Shown here: positions 35,845-45,534 of the stretch, one piece after another | How positions within the stretch are numbered: position 1 is the first letter of the stretch | How the letters are laid out: each line of letters opens with the position of its first letter | Assembly: GCA_027604505.1 (NCBI GenBank) | Contig: JADIIX010000160.1 | Coordinates: forward strand, 1 to 45,534 | Direction of reading: 5' to 3' | From: Gonapodya sp. JEL0774 | Lineage: Eukaryota | DNA: 45,534 nucleotides | The notes under the pieces: model-generated | Databases searched by the model: none | What the model saw: the letters and a program-made list of their open reading frames with translations, nothing else | What the model was told of the DNA's origin: nothing | Program-made: the position numbers and the translations under genes

Positions 35845-38607
35845 ATGTCTACACAGTCTCAGACTTCCTTCAATATGCCCCCGACAACTCCGATGATGCA
35901 GACGGCCGGGAGCCGCAATCCCAATGCGCCAGCTTTCACCTCATCTGTGCCTGCAAGTATTGCAGGACAGACGACCAGCGCGCTTTCAGACGTGCCAAGC
36001 GAGGCTCAATCTACCGGAGAACGAGCATTCAAGAAGTCGCGTATGTCGATATCCCTTCCGGTTGTCGTGATCTTGCTTGTCTTGTTCAAGTGAGTCCATT
36101 AATAATAGTAAACGAGGTTACGTTCTCAGATACAGAGCGATGATTCGTTGCCTTTCGGATTTCAAAATCGTGGTATCTCACAATGCATTCTTCTCTTCTC
36201 AACAGCATCGTCACAGTGACTACGCTGACCCTGTCAGTCGGTTGGACTATGAACGTGTCGTCCATCACCACAGCAAGCTCCGCTGCTTCGTCAAGCATTC
36301 AAGGACTCGCCACGCTCAAACAGCAAGACTCGAGTAAAGTTATTTCATTGACAATTCGTGAGTGCAAACCATACACTTGTCATAGTATCGAAGGGTACCG
36401 TGGCAATATCAACACTCTAATTTTAAAAAAATCCCCCCCCCCGTGATTAGAGGCTTATCTCGACAAGGTGGGTAAAATCATCGGGATGATTGAACGCTTT
36501 TCTCTACTTAAAGTTTCGAGCAGGGTTATGCATACCTTCAATCACTTGTTGATGGTGTCAGCCAAGGGCTCATCAGTGTTAACGACTGGGAGTAAGTGTT
36601 CAATCTCCTTGCTTCTCATGTACATCTCATGAGAATGTTTCCATTCATGAATCATTTTGCATTAAACACACAGCAATTTTGTTCCATTTGTAGTGAACCA
36701 AGGTCTCACTATTGGCCTGGGACGTAAGTGGCACTCTCATTTCAAAAGCACCCCCAGATGATATCAAAGTATCTCTGTCCCTTGCTCCGTTCGCTTCAGC
36801 CAAAGCCACCAGCACTTGGTTTACCATGTACCAAGGCGCCAATTCCTTTCAAATTGCCTATTCCACTTCGTTAGCAGTGACATACTCGTACTGGGCTACC
36901 AACATGACCTGTTCCAGATTTTGCCCACAAACAAGCACTCAAGGATACAGCTACAACTACCCTTATTTCAGTAACAAGTCCATCGCGTCAAACTGGACCT
37001 CTTCGGTGAGCTGATTTACTGATTTTGGCATCGTACTGTGGAACCATTTGATACAGAATCTTTGCATTTTCAATCCGAATATCCCCGTCAATTTCTGCAA
37101 ACTCTGGCCGATCACCGCTCAGTCGTCCTACTTGCCAACAGCGTCCGCCGGCTTCGTCAAAAACATTCCAAAGAACACTGCCAAGATCGTTGCACCTTAC
37201 ACTCCAATCCCTGCATACGTCACCCAATCGATGGTATGGTTGGACTCCGCGTTGCCTATGCACCCAAACGCCTGCTCTTTCCATCACGCTGACTCCTATA
37301 AAAAATCTTTTTAACCAGGTTGTGGACTTTTTTGATCCATCTGGAAACGAAATCGCAACGGGGCGACTGCTCTTCAACGTCGCCAGTCTTTCAGAAGTTC
37401 TCGACAGCGTCCAGAAACTTTCTACCAACCGAACATTGTACTACCTGCTCACCGCGGATGCTAAGATTATGGCAATTAGTGGATTAGCTGATAAATCCGT
37501 GAGTGTCCGCGAAACATCCAACGCGCTTCCGCGAAATGTAACTGTACAGTACTTGAACGCGGATGATCTCTGAATTATGATTTTACAGATCCTCACCAAA
37601 GTAGCCAACGTCACAACCAACATCTACACACTTAAGACTATCTGGGAGTATGACTACAACAACTGGCCATTACTGAACACTTCTGCGGCGACTATTTACT
37701 CTTTTGTGAACGGGAACCTTGCAGCAAATTTTGCTGACGCGCAGTGGAGAGTTGGGGATTATCTGTTTCAAGTAACGACTCTCGAGCTGTACTCATACAA
37801 GTACATCATTGTATCGGGAGCGTGAGTACATCCTGTTGTGAGAACCCCACAGACTCTCACCACATCTATTTTGGACACTGATGCAAAATCGCGATGTGCT
37901 ATTCAACGTCGATGGGCTTTTGTGCGTTTCTGGCTTCTCATACTCTGAGGCCTTCTTTCTCTTCCAGACCCGCCTCAGATTACGTCGGTGACACATTGAA
38001 CCTTGCTGAAAATTTACAAACTAACGGAAAAAGGACCTCACTCATTTTACTATTCTCATGTGGGTGTCATGGTCTAATTTTTCCCTCCAATTCTTGCTGA
38101 CGTTCAAGTTGAACCAGCTCTCGGAGTGATCGTAGTGATGGTGCGTTGAGTGGCGTGGAGACCTTTTGTTTAAAAGATTGTAACTCACTCATCATTGCTT
38201 TGAAGTGCCTGTTCAGTGTCCTATTTACGTGGTACTTTATCAACAAGCCTCTTCAAGCCATTCTTGTTGCAAGTGAGTACACCTCTTTGATCCCCACGGC
38301 AAAAGTACTTGTGTGAACGACACCTATATCTCCTCAGTGAACGCCGCCACCAAGTTCAATTTTGGTGCAGTCCGTAATGGCACTATTCAAGCTTCCATTA
38401 TCACGGAAATTCGCACGACCCAGTCCAATTTCATTGAGATGCTCAAAGTGTTCGCAAAAGCTTTGAAACGTGAGAACTCTTTTGGCCAACTCAATTGATC
38501 GATCAGTATGTGTTTTGACATTGACCACACTCCCCCAATCTGTAGAAAACAAGGAACTGGTGTCTGGAGGGAAGACTGGGATGTCATCAAAACCGTTACC
38601 ACTATAG
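35845..38607 (+). CDS. Multi-exon membrane sensor: TM - extracellular Cache-like domain - TM - HAMP-like domain, with no output domain
   Basis: TM1 ISLPVVVILLVLF. Cache-like YVTQSM|VVDFFDPSGNEIATGRLLFNVASLSEVL (intron 37234-37318). TM2 then INKPLQAILVA|MNAATKFNF...SIITEIRTTQSNFIEMLKVFAKALK|QNKELV, ending at TAG 38605-38607. Confidence 0.65.
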
Positions 38608-38929
38608 GCTCCAAAAATATCGCTCAAAATGATTCCATGCACATGTTTGACAAACCTTTTCTTCTCGGCCTCATTTCTGTAATTTTAAATACACATACCC
38701 ATCACGGCGGACGTGCTCCTTGCTTGTGTGGTGGAGGTGGATTTACTCCCCAGGCTTGAAGTTTTCCGGTGTGGTGTAGTGCTGTTGTTGTGTTTCCATG
38801 ACACTTGGAGTCAACCACTTGACCACGTAGTATATAAATAGTACGATATACGTAATATGTGGGAATTTTACGTTACGAATATACTGATACAGCTTGGACC
38901 CACCAGACCGTCACGGTGACACTACACTG

Positions 38930-39170
38930 TGAGTGAGCGAGTAGCTTGCAAAATTTGATGCAACTCGCACTTGTTCACAAATTTCTTCGGGCAACTCACG
39001 TGTTGCAAGTTGGTTGAACTTTCAACTCACGAGTTTACAAGTTCAGCCGCTAATCATGCTATGACGAATATTCGAAATATTCGTATTCGATTCGATATTC
39101 GACGAATAAAATACGATTACAAATACTGTTTTAGGCATTCGAGAGATCGAATGAATACGAATTGGATGTA
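38930..39170. repeat. Subterminal-repeat-like remnants, possibly DNA transposon ends
   Basis: Repeated CAACTC(A/G)C motifs end in ...GTTCAGCCGCTA (39052). An array of ATTCG/CGAAT follows, including the palindrome CGAATATTCG (39065-39074). No partner TIR in the window. Confidence 0.35.
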
Positions 39171-39522
39171 TTTGTGTTCGAGGAATGGGTTATCTTGTAG
39201 GAGAACACACCGGAGAAGACAGAGAACACGAAAAAACACCCAGAACGCGCGAGACGTGTCCAGGAAACGATGGGAGAGAAACAGGTTTTGGATTAGTAGT
39301 ATACCTTCGATATCATCCTAAAGTTCCCCGTTCCAACAAGACCCTTCGCGACACCACCGGGTCACAGATGAGTACAACATCGAAAAATGCTCAGCTACTC
39401 TTTGGATCAAGCAGATCAATCTTATCATCGGCACTATCTATATGCACTCCCACCACAGTCCCTTTACAAAGCACATATCTGACGCTCTACACTAAAATAA
39501 ACCGAATTTCTTATTTCGTGGT

Positions 39523-42043
39523 TCACATTTTGTTCAACCATCCGATCGCATCTGCGTCCCCCTGGTCCGCAGATCTCCTGTACCACTTCGCCGCTTCCTC
39601 CAGGTCCATTGCCACACCCCAGCCGTTCTCGAAGCACCGGCCCAGATTGTTCTGTCCGTACTTGTCCCCCTGGTCTGCAGATCTGCGGTACCAGTTCGCC
39701 GCTTCCGCCAGGTCCTTTGCCACGCCCAGTCCACATAGTAGCAGCACCCGATTTCGTTTTGAGCGTCCGCGTTCCCGTCTTGAGCGTTAAAGTATATTAT
39801 TCTCGTAGTGTCGTTCGGTGGAAGCGCAAAAATTTCAGGGTTAGTGGGTCTCAGTGGAGCACTGGTCGAGATGGGTGGAGTTTTCGCAGAACGAGCCTCC
39901 GTCCATACAGTCTCCTCGCGTGTACCTGACACGTACGTTGAATCGTTTCTATGCTGTGGGTTCAGTACTTGAAGGGGACCTGGTTGAGGTTTGACGTCGA
40001 TCGTCTCTGCAGCAGGAGGGAGCTGTCGGCTCTTCACGGTCTGCTCCGCTTCGGCCTGTCGCGCCCTCTCAGCAGCTTCGTATTGCGCCCGCATTTCTTC
40101 GCGAATGCGCAGCTCGGTACTCAGTCGCTCCGCTTCACTCTTTCGCTCTTGTTCTCGTCTCTCCGCTTCGTATTTCGCCTTCCAGTGCGCCTCAGCTTCC
40201 CGGTGCTTGGCAGCATATTCCTCGTGCAGCCGGTCCTCCGTCTGTTTGATAATACGACGGGCATCTCGCACACTCTGAGGGTCATTCAAGTGCTGGAAAT
40301 GTTGCTTGAGATACGCCACAATGTCAGAAAACGTGGATCGACTATTTGGGCTCGCGTCCCAACACCGCCTCACAAGGGCTTTGACAGAATCTGGCATCTG
40401 AGTCGTACTCGGCCGCTCATCTACCGGCACGTCCGTGTACTCATCTATATCGGGCCGTGTCCCGTGCTTGACGTGTACCTGCACAAGCACGTCGTCGTAC
40501 ACCGCGCAGTACGGTACCTGCAGCGTGTACATCTCGTACACGGTCATGGCAAAGGCGTACACGTCCGTCTGCTCGGACACATTGGGAATCATCCCAAATA
40601 TCTCTGGAGCCCACCACCGCAGCGTCCCCGGTCTCTTGACTTTGGAGAGGATCGACACGCGGGTGCTGACGGTCGCAAACCCAAAATCCATAACGAGCGC
40701 GTTCCCAAGGTCGTCCACCAGCACATTGAACCCCTTGAGGTCGCAGTGCAGGATCCCCCTGCTGTGGAGATACTGCATTGCACATGCGATGTCGAACATC
40801 AGCTCCACTCGGTCGGCACGCGGATGGCTCCGAAGGTACGAAATCAAGTTGCCATTGCGTATGTATGGCGAAACCATAAACGGAGGTGCCGCCAACAGGT
40901 TGGCCCCGAACAGAGGCAGAATGTTCGGGTGGTGGAGCCCGTACCACCGCTTCACCTCGTTGCGGAAAAGCTGTGCAGTGCAATCCAACAATCAATGACA
41001 ACGCCATTTTCAAAAGCAAACGTGTGCAGAGCTCTCACCGCCACCAACCTCTCATCCGGATGGTCCACAAGCAAGTCTTTGATGGCTACTCGACGCGTGC
41101 CGCTCCACGTGCCAAAGTACACTTTGCCGTATCCACCGGAGTCAAACGGGCGAGGATCCCGAACTACCTCCGTCGCAGGAATGTGCCACGGATCTTCCAC
41201 GAGATCATGCCCCGAAATCCGAACCAGCGACAGGTGCGCTTTGGCCAGAAGGTCCCGTTCTCGCGGAGTCCCTGCGCCGACACGAAGTGTCGCCTGGATG
41301 GTGCGCTGCACCTCCGGAACTTGGGGCATTTCAAGCTCCAGGGTTGCGAGCACGGTGGCGTCGTTGTTCACCACTTGTTCAAGAACTTCCTGCGAAGCCG
41401 ACTCCACTACGCGGAGGTCGTTGTCGTTTTCTCCGCGCCATTTTTCAATGTCCAACACGACTGCGAGCTGAAGGGAAGCCGAATGCCAAAACGAGTAGGA
41501 TCCACCACTCGCCCTCCCCTAGACGTACCTGGAAATCTGTGACAACACCCTGGAGTCTGTTGCCGTACTCCTCCAGTTCTTTGCGCGTGCGGCTGCTGTT
41601 GATGATACGGAACCACTTCGGTTTGCCTTTGACGAGCTCCAGGTAGTCGGCAATTTCCTTGAGGAATCTGTTTGAACGGGGACACCACCGCGTCGACTTT
41701 CGACTGGATATGGCGAGAATATACGACCCTCGGCCACTCACGCCGTAAACTCTACAGCGTGGACTCTGAGGGGCGGGCTCAGCTTTTTGCCACCAACCTC
41801 CATCCGGTCTGCCATGGCTTTGACGAGCAAGGCGCAGCGGCTGGCGAGACGCACGACGAGCTCCTTGTTGTCCTTGAAGTCCTTGGCCACAGTGTAGACG
41901 GCGCGGAGAGCTTCAGCGCAGGCTCCAAACACGGGCACGGACGTCACTTTGGCGATGACATCTAGCACGGCCGCGACGCCATCAAGCAGATTTTCTCCCA
42001 CTGCTGAATCCACTGCCTTGAAAATGCCTGCCCGCGCCTGCAT
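39523..42043 (-). CDS. MLKL-NTD-like helical domain + TKL-family protein kinase + coiled coil + SEL1 repeats (frameshift in the SEL1 region)
   Basis: ATG at 42043; frame-consistent introns 41668-41741, 41468-41528 and 40971-41038. Kinase motifs SGGYGKV, VAIK, HCDLKGFN, DFG, GTLRWWAPE, DVYAF. N-terminal VPVFGACAEALRAVYTVAKDFKDNKELVVRLASRC...RLQGVVTDFQ. SEL1 repeats GLGVAKDLAEAANWYRRSADQG are reached only through a 1-nt shift near 39735. Confidence 0.85.
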
Positions 42044-42366
42044 TCAGCGGCGTTTTCGGAGAAACTCCCCTTTGCTGTGACCAGTGTGGTCAGCAGGCCG
42101 CAGCTTGACCCGAAAGGGATATCCAATTTGCCGGTGCACCACACACACACCCACACACGAGACGGAATTTAGCATCGAAAAGGGAGGAAGCGGGAGTTAT
42201 CCTCCCCCCCAGGTCTATTTGTGGACATGAGCGCAAACTAATTGACCGAGCGCCAGCCATGTGATGTACAGCTAATTGAGTTGGCTGAGCGAGGTCCGAT
42301 GGTGTAAAGCGATGCTAAATGACGGCCGAGCGTGGACTGCTTCTTGCGTCTTTTTTTTTTTTTTTT

Positions 42367-43449
42367 TCAATCCTCGAGAGGGAGCCGGTTGCCGAGAAAG
42401 TAGAACCTGGCTTTAAGAACTCCCCAGAACTGGGGGTGACTTCGAATATATAATTGCCAAGATTCATCTGACCAGCGACCCATTCTTTGAATAACTGCTG
42501 CTGGTATTCCGATTGCGGCCATGTACATCGCTCCTCCAGATCGGAAGCTGTGGCCCGATAAGGCAAGTTCTGGAAGTACTTGCCTGAGGCTCTGGAGAAA
42601 CCAGTCGCGAGATGGGACTGCCGAGCCGAGAGATATAGCGTATGGGGAGAGATTGGTGCCCGTGGTAGATTTGACAGAAAGGTAGTTCTCCCACGCTGTG
42701 ACTCGGCAAGTTGAGTCTCTGGTTTCGTGAAGCCAGACAGTCAGAGGAATTGTAGGATTATTATGTTTGGCATAAGGCAGTGTTATGCTAAGATATTTAA
42801 TGCCTGCATGTGAGATAGTTCGAATAGAGCCGTGAGGGATCAGTCGGCGGGGGTTGTCCTGGTGTGATCGGGCTGTGAGTCCACCCAACCGGAGCAGACC
42901 ATGGAAAGCCATGGTACAGAGAAGCCAGAATACTGCGTGATTGGGCTGACTGATATTGACCCGACTTCGGATCAGATGGAGGTCGTCGATGGTGATGGGT
43001 TTGGCTTGCCGGAAGGGATTCTTCCGGGGTTCTGCCCTTATTGCGCGGAGAACAGTCTGGATTTGTGGTGATGACCGCGCAGGCCACTCAAGGTCAAATG
43101 CTTTGTGCCAGAATGCTAGGCCGGAGAGGGTCTGGAGGATGGTTGGGTAATCATGAAGCAGCGAGAGGTTTGAGATGAAGGCCGCGAGACCAGACACAGG
43201 TATAGGAAGGGCCAGGTTTTCTTCTGGCATATTTTCGGCTTCAATGAGGCGTTTATAGGAGTTCAGGATGGAGAAGTATCTCTTTAGAGTGCTGTGTTGG
43301 ACTGGTTGGCCCAGTAGGGAGGTGAGTCGTTGCCGCAGTGCGGACGTAGAGGGGAGGTTGATGTCGGCTAGCTGATGTTGTCGGAGAAACGCTTGTGGCT
43401 CAGGGAGCTGTAGAAGCTCCCGGATGGATGGTGGGTTTGGACTTGTCAT
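42367..43449 (-). CDS. Tyrosine recombinase of the retroelement (intact, 360 aa)
   Basis: HGLLRLG (R), YAKHN (K), GHSFRSGGA (HxxR), MGRWSDESWQLY (W...Y). Confidence 0.93.
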   Translation of the reverse strand: MTSPNPPSIRELLQLPEPQAFLRQHQLADINLPSTSALRQRLTSLLGQPVQHSTLKRYFSILNSYKRLIEAENMPEENLALPIPVSGLAAFISNLSLLHDYPTILQTLSGLAFWHKAFDLEWPARSSPQIQTVLRAIRAEPRKNPFRQAKPITIDDLHLIRSRVNISQPNHAVFWLLCTMAFHGLLRLGGLTARSHQDNPRRLIPHGSIRTISHAGIKYLSITLPYAKHNNPTIPLTVWLHETRDSTCRVTAWENYLSVKSTTGTNLSPYAISLGSAVPSRDWFLQSLRQVLPELALSGHSFRSGGAMYMAAIGIPAAVIQRMGRWSDESWQLYIRSHPQFWGVLKARFYFLGNRLPLED

Positions 43450-45230
43450 TTAGACGTGAATAAGGTTGATAGTATTGTTTCTGTATAAGCCGGCTGTATT
43501 GGAGGTACAAATGAAAGTAACAAATTGGATGCAGATAAGGCGTTAACGGCTGCAGCCGTTGATGGGGTGCGCGAGATGAAGTCCGCCAGGTGGTTTTGAG
43601 CACCCGGGATAAAGATGAGCGGCACTTCGCAGCCCAGTTTTAGCTGAGAGAGATACAGCTCGTGGATAAGTGACTGTACAATAGGATTTATGCTCGCGCC
43701 CTTATCAAAAGCTCGTACATTTGCCTCGTTATCTGTGTAGCACAACAGTTTCCGAGATTTAACATAAGGGGCGGAAGTCCATAGAGCTATCCAGACTGTA
43801 GCAAGTTCCAACGTTTGAATGTTGAATTCGTCTGGAAGGTTGTGCGGCCATGGAATGCGGGTGAACTGATAGCCGAGAGTTGCGCCTCTGCATAAAGGGG
43901 TGGAGTCAGTTGTGAACGAAGAGGTCAGAGGGGCTTCCCACTGTGAATCAGCTTGGAGGTGAAGTCCAGGCCATATTTGCAATGCTCTTGACCACCACAA
44001 GAGCTCGCTTTTCATAGGAGAGGAGACATGACGTATGCGGCCTCCCTTGGCTGTGGGTCGGAGCCTCTTCAGGCATTCTTGCGTGAAGGTACGGGCATGA
44101 GGGACGAGTTGTCCATACCAAATCATCCATCCGACAAGGGATTGGAGCTCGTTAAGGTAGCATTTGTCCCTGGATAACCATGTGTCCACTTCTGCGAGGA
44201 AGGAGGCTATCCGTTCTGTGGGAATGCTGATGCGCATTTCTGTAGTGTCTATTTCAAAGCCGACAATATTAATGTGCTGAGAAGGCGGCACACATTTGTC
44301 TACAGCTTCCGGTACGCCCAAGGTTGATAACAGTGATCGGAATTGAAAGAAGGCTTCTGTGGCATCGGCCTTAGTGCCGAAGACGCCCCAAAAATCGTCC
44401 ATGTAATGACCAATTGCTCCTTCTACGCGAAGTTTTGAGTTTGCAATCCAACAAAGTAAATCGGCGAACCGATTCCATATTGCGGGGCTGGATCGTGAGC
44501 CAAATGATAGGAAATAGTCCACATAAAATAGCCCTCGCCATGGGAATACATGGATGAGTTGGTCAATGACCCTAAGGGGGATGAGGCGATAAGCTGCTTT
44601 GATGTCTATCTTGAACATATATGCTCCTGCTCCCATGTAGCGGAGCCATGCTATGACCACTGTTATTCCTTCAAATTTCGTCTTGAATTATGCAATATCT
44701 ATGTGATCGTTTACTGAACTGCCTCCGGGAGGAGAGGCTGATAAGTGAAAGATTGTTCGGACTTTCTGTGAGTGTTTTTTCGGGACCTGCCCGATCGGGG
44801 ATATTTTGGCCAGGGAGTGCGGGGGGGACACAAGGCCGTCTGAGATGCGTCGATTCAGAAGTTCTTCTGCAATGTTATCGTCTATCTTCTCTGAGGCCAA
44901 GTTCACGGATTTCAGGTTCTCTAAAATAACGGCTCATGTGGTCCCTTATATCCGTAGGAGAAACCTGATGTGAATCCTTGAGTTATGTAGTCGATGTTAC
45001 CTCTGTTTGGGTGGTCACGGACTAAGTAGAGAAGCCTTTCAAGGTTAACGGGGCTTTGGCAACTTTAAAGATGGAGGGGTCTAGAGTTGCCATGATGGAT
45101 TGCTCTTCAGGGGTGATAACATATGGTTTTAGCATCGTGCTCTCAGTCGAAGGACCGGACAGAAGGCGGGGTTTGGAGCTAGTACGATTTATTTCTTGAA
45201 AAAGCGCACGTTGGGGTTTTAAGTAGGCGA
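43446..45230 (-). pseudogene. pol: pol (reverse transcriptase + RNase H) with disrupted 5' part
   Basis: RT motifs KIDIKAAY, LSFGSRSSP, HYMDDF; RNase H motifs TTDST, TLEL, YTDN, NHLADFISR. In-frame TAA at 44688-44690 and frameshifts near 44925 and 45025 flanking DHPNRGNIDYITQGFTSGFSYGYKGP. The 5' limit is approximate. Confidence 0.9.
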
Positions 45231-45232
45231 TG

Positions 45233-45534
45233 TTAACGGGCGGGGGTTGGGCCGGAGGTGCGGGGCGCTTCTTTGGCATGATTGACCCGCCGGTGAGCTG
45301 CCCCACATCCTGATATATTGCACATGTGTTTACGACCGGCTGGACAAACATCGGAGCAGCCCCCGTTGTTCCAATTTCTGCAGATAAGCGGGTCGGATTT
45401 GTATGGTCCATAGCGAGGGTTTGTTGAGTTTTGGGTTTTCGTGCGTTGGTTTTGGCCTGACCCTTGATGTTTCTGTGTGACCACTGTGAGATGCCGCGTG
45501 AGGCACATGGGATCACTGCTGAGTAGCGATAGCG
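45233..45534 (-). CDS. gag: Gag-like ORF1 C-terminus with Cys/His zinc finger (partial)
   Basis: CRNWNNGGCSDVCPAGRKHMCNISGCGAAH. The frame stays open to the window edge and overlaps the pol frame. Confidence 0.75.
   Translation of the reverse strand, partial: LSLLSSDPMCLTRHLTVVTQKHQGSGQNQRTKTQNSTNPRYGPYKSDPLICRNWNNGGCSDVCPAGRKHMCNISGCGAAHRRVNHAKEAPRTSGPTPAR

Larger units (their letters stand above)
42351..45534 (-). mobile_element. Ngaro/DIRS-order tyrosine-recombinase retrotransposon (5' end beyond window)
   Basis: Order gag (Cys/His finger) - RT - RNase H - YR on the minus strand. No methyltransferase domain after RNase H, which fits Ngaro rather than DIRS1. Confidence 0.92.

Noticed and set aside
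37234..37318. Apparent frameshift between ORFs 37048 and 37190
   Set aside because: Explained by a phase-0 intron (GTATGG...GCTGAC...CAG).
39951..41471. 506-aa plus-strand ORF
   Set aside because: Antisense shadow of the GC-rich kinase gene, with no motifs of its own.
42167..42320. 11-bp inverted repeat ATTTAGCATCG with GACGG flanks, a possible MITE
   Set aside because: Too short, and the flanking direct repeat is offset by one base; not supportable without other copies.

Overview
This is eukaryotic genomic DNA, almost certainly fungal, with short GT-AG introns of about 55-150 bp; the gene content suggests a zoosporic (chytrid-like) lineage, which is an inference. The ORF track misses most real genes because they are spliced, and the splice models below were built by eye. 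(1) About 0.5-23.1 kb is a dense block of intron-rich genes with no recognisable housekeeping gene. It contains a TET/JBP-like 2OG-Fe(II) dioxygenase domain (HxD...H...KxS, 9.1-9.6 kb), a Mutator-like (MULE) transposase-type gene with a Cys-rich Zn domain and SWIM finger (10.3-14.5 kb), and a multi-exon tyrosine recombinase with no RT beside it (18.7-21.0 kb). Together these are a candidate large recombinase-mobilised element carrying a DNA-modifying enzyme. (2) About 23.6-35.4 kb is a patchwork of gene fragments, including an NB-ARC P-loop stub and a decayed ALKBH1 copy. It is interrupted by a roughly 4.6 kb gag-only LTR element with 450-bp LTRs, a TGGT target-site duplication and a scaffold gap in the 5' LTR. 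(3) A TM-Cache-TM-HAMP receptor with no output domain (35.8-38.6 kb) and an MLKL-NTD-like + TKL kinase + SEL1 gene (39.5-42.0 kb, minus strand) follow. (4) A Ngaro/DIRS-type tyrosine-recombinase retrotransposon (42.35 kb to the window end, minus strand) has a broken 5' pol, an ATGA pol/YR overlap and an A17 tract fused to the YR stop. All domain calls come from motif recognition, not database searches.
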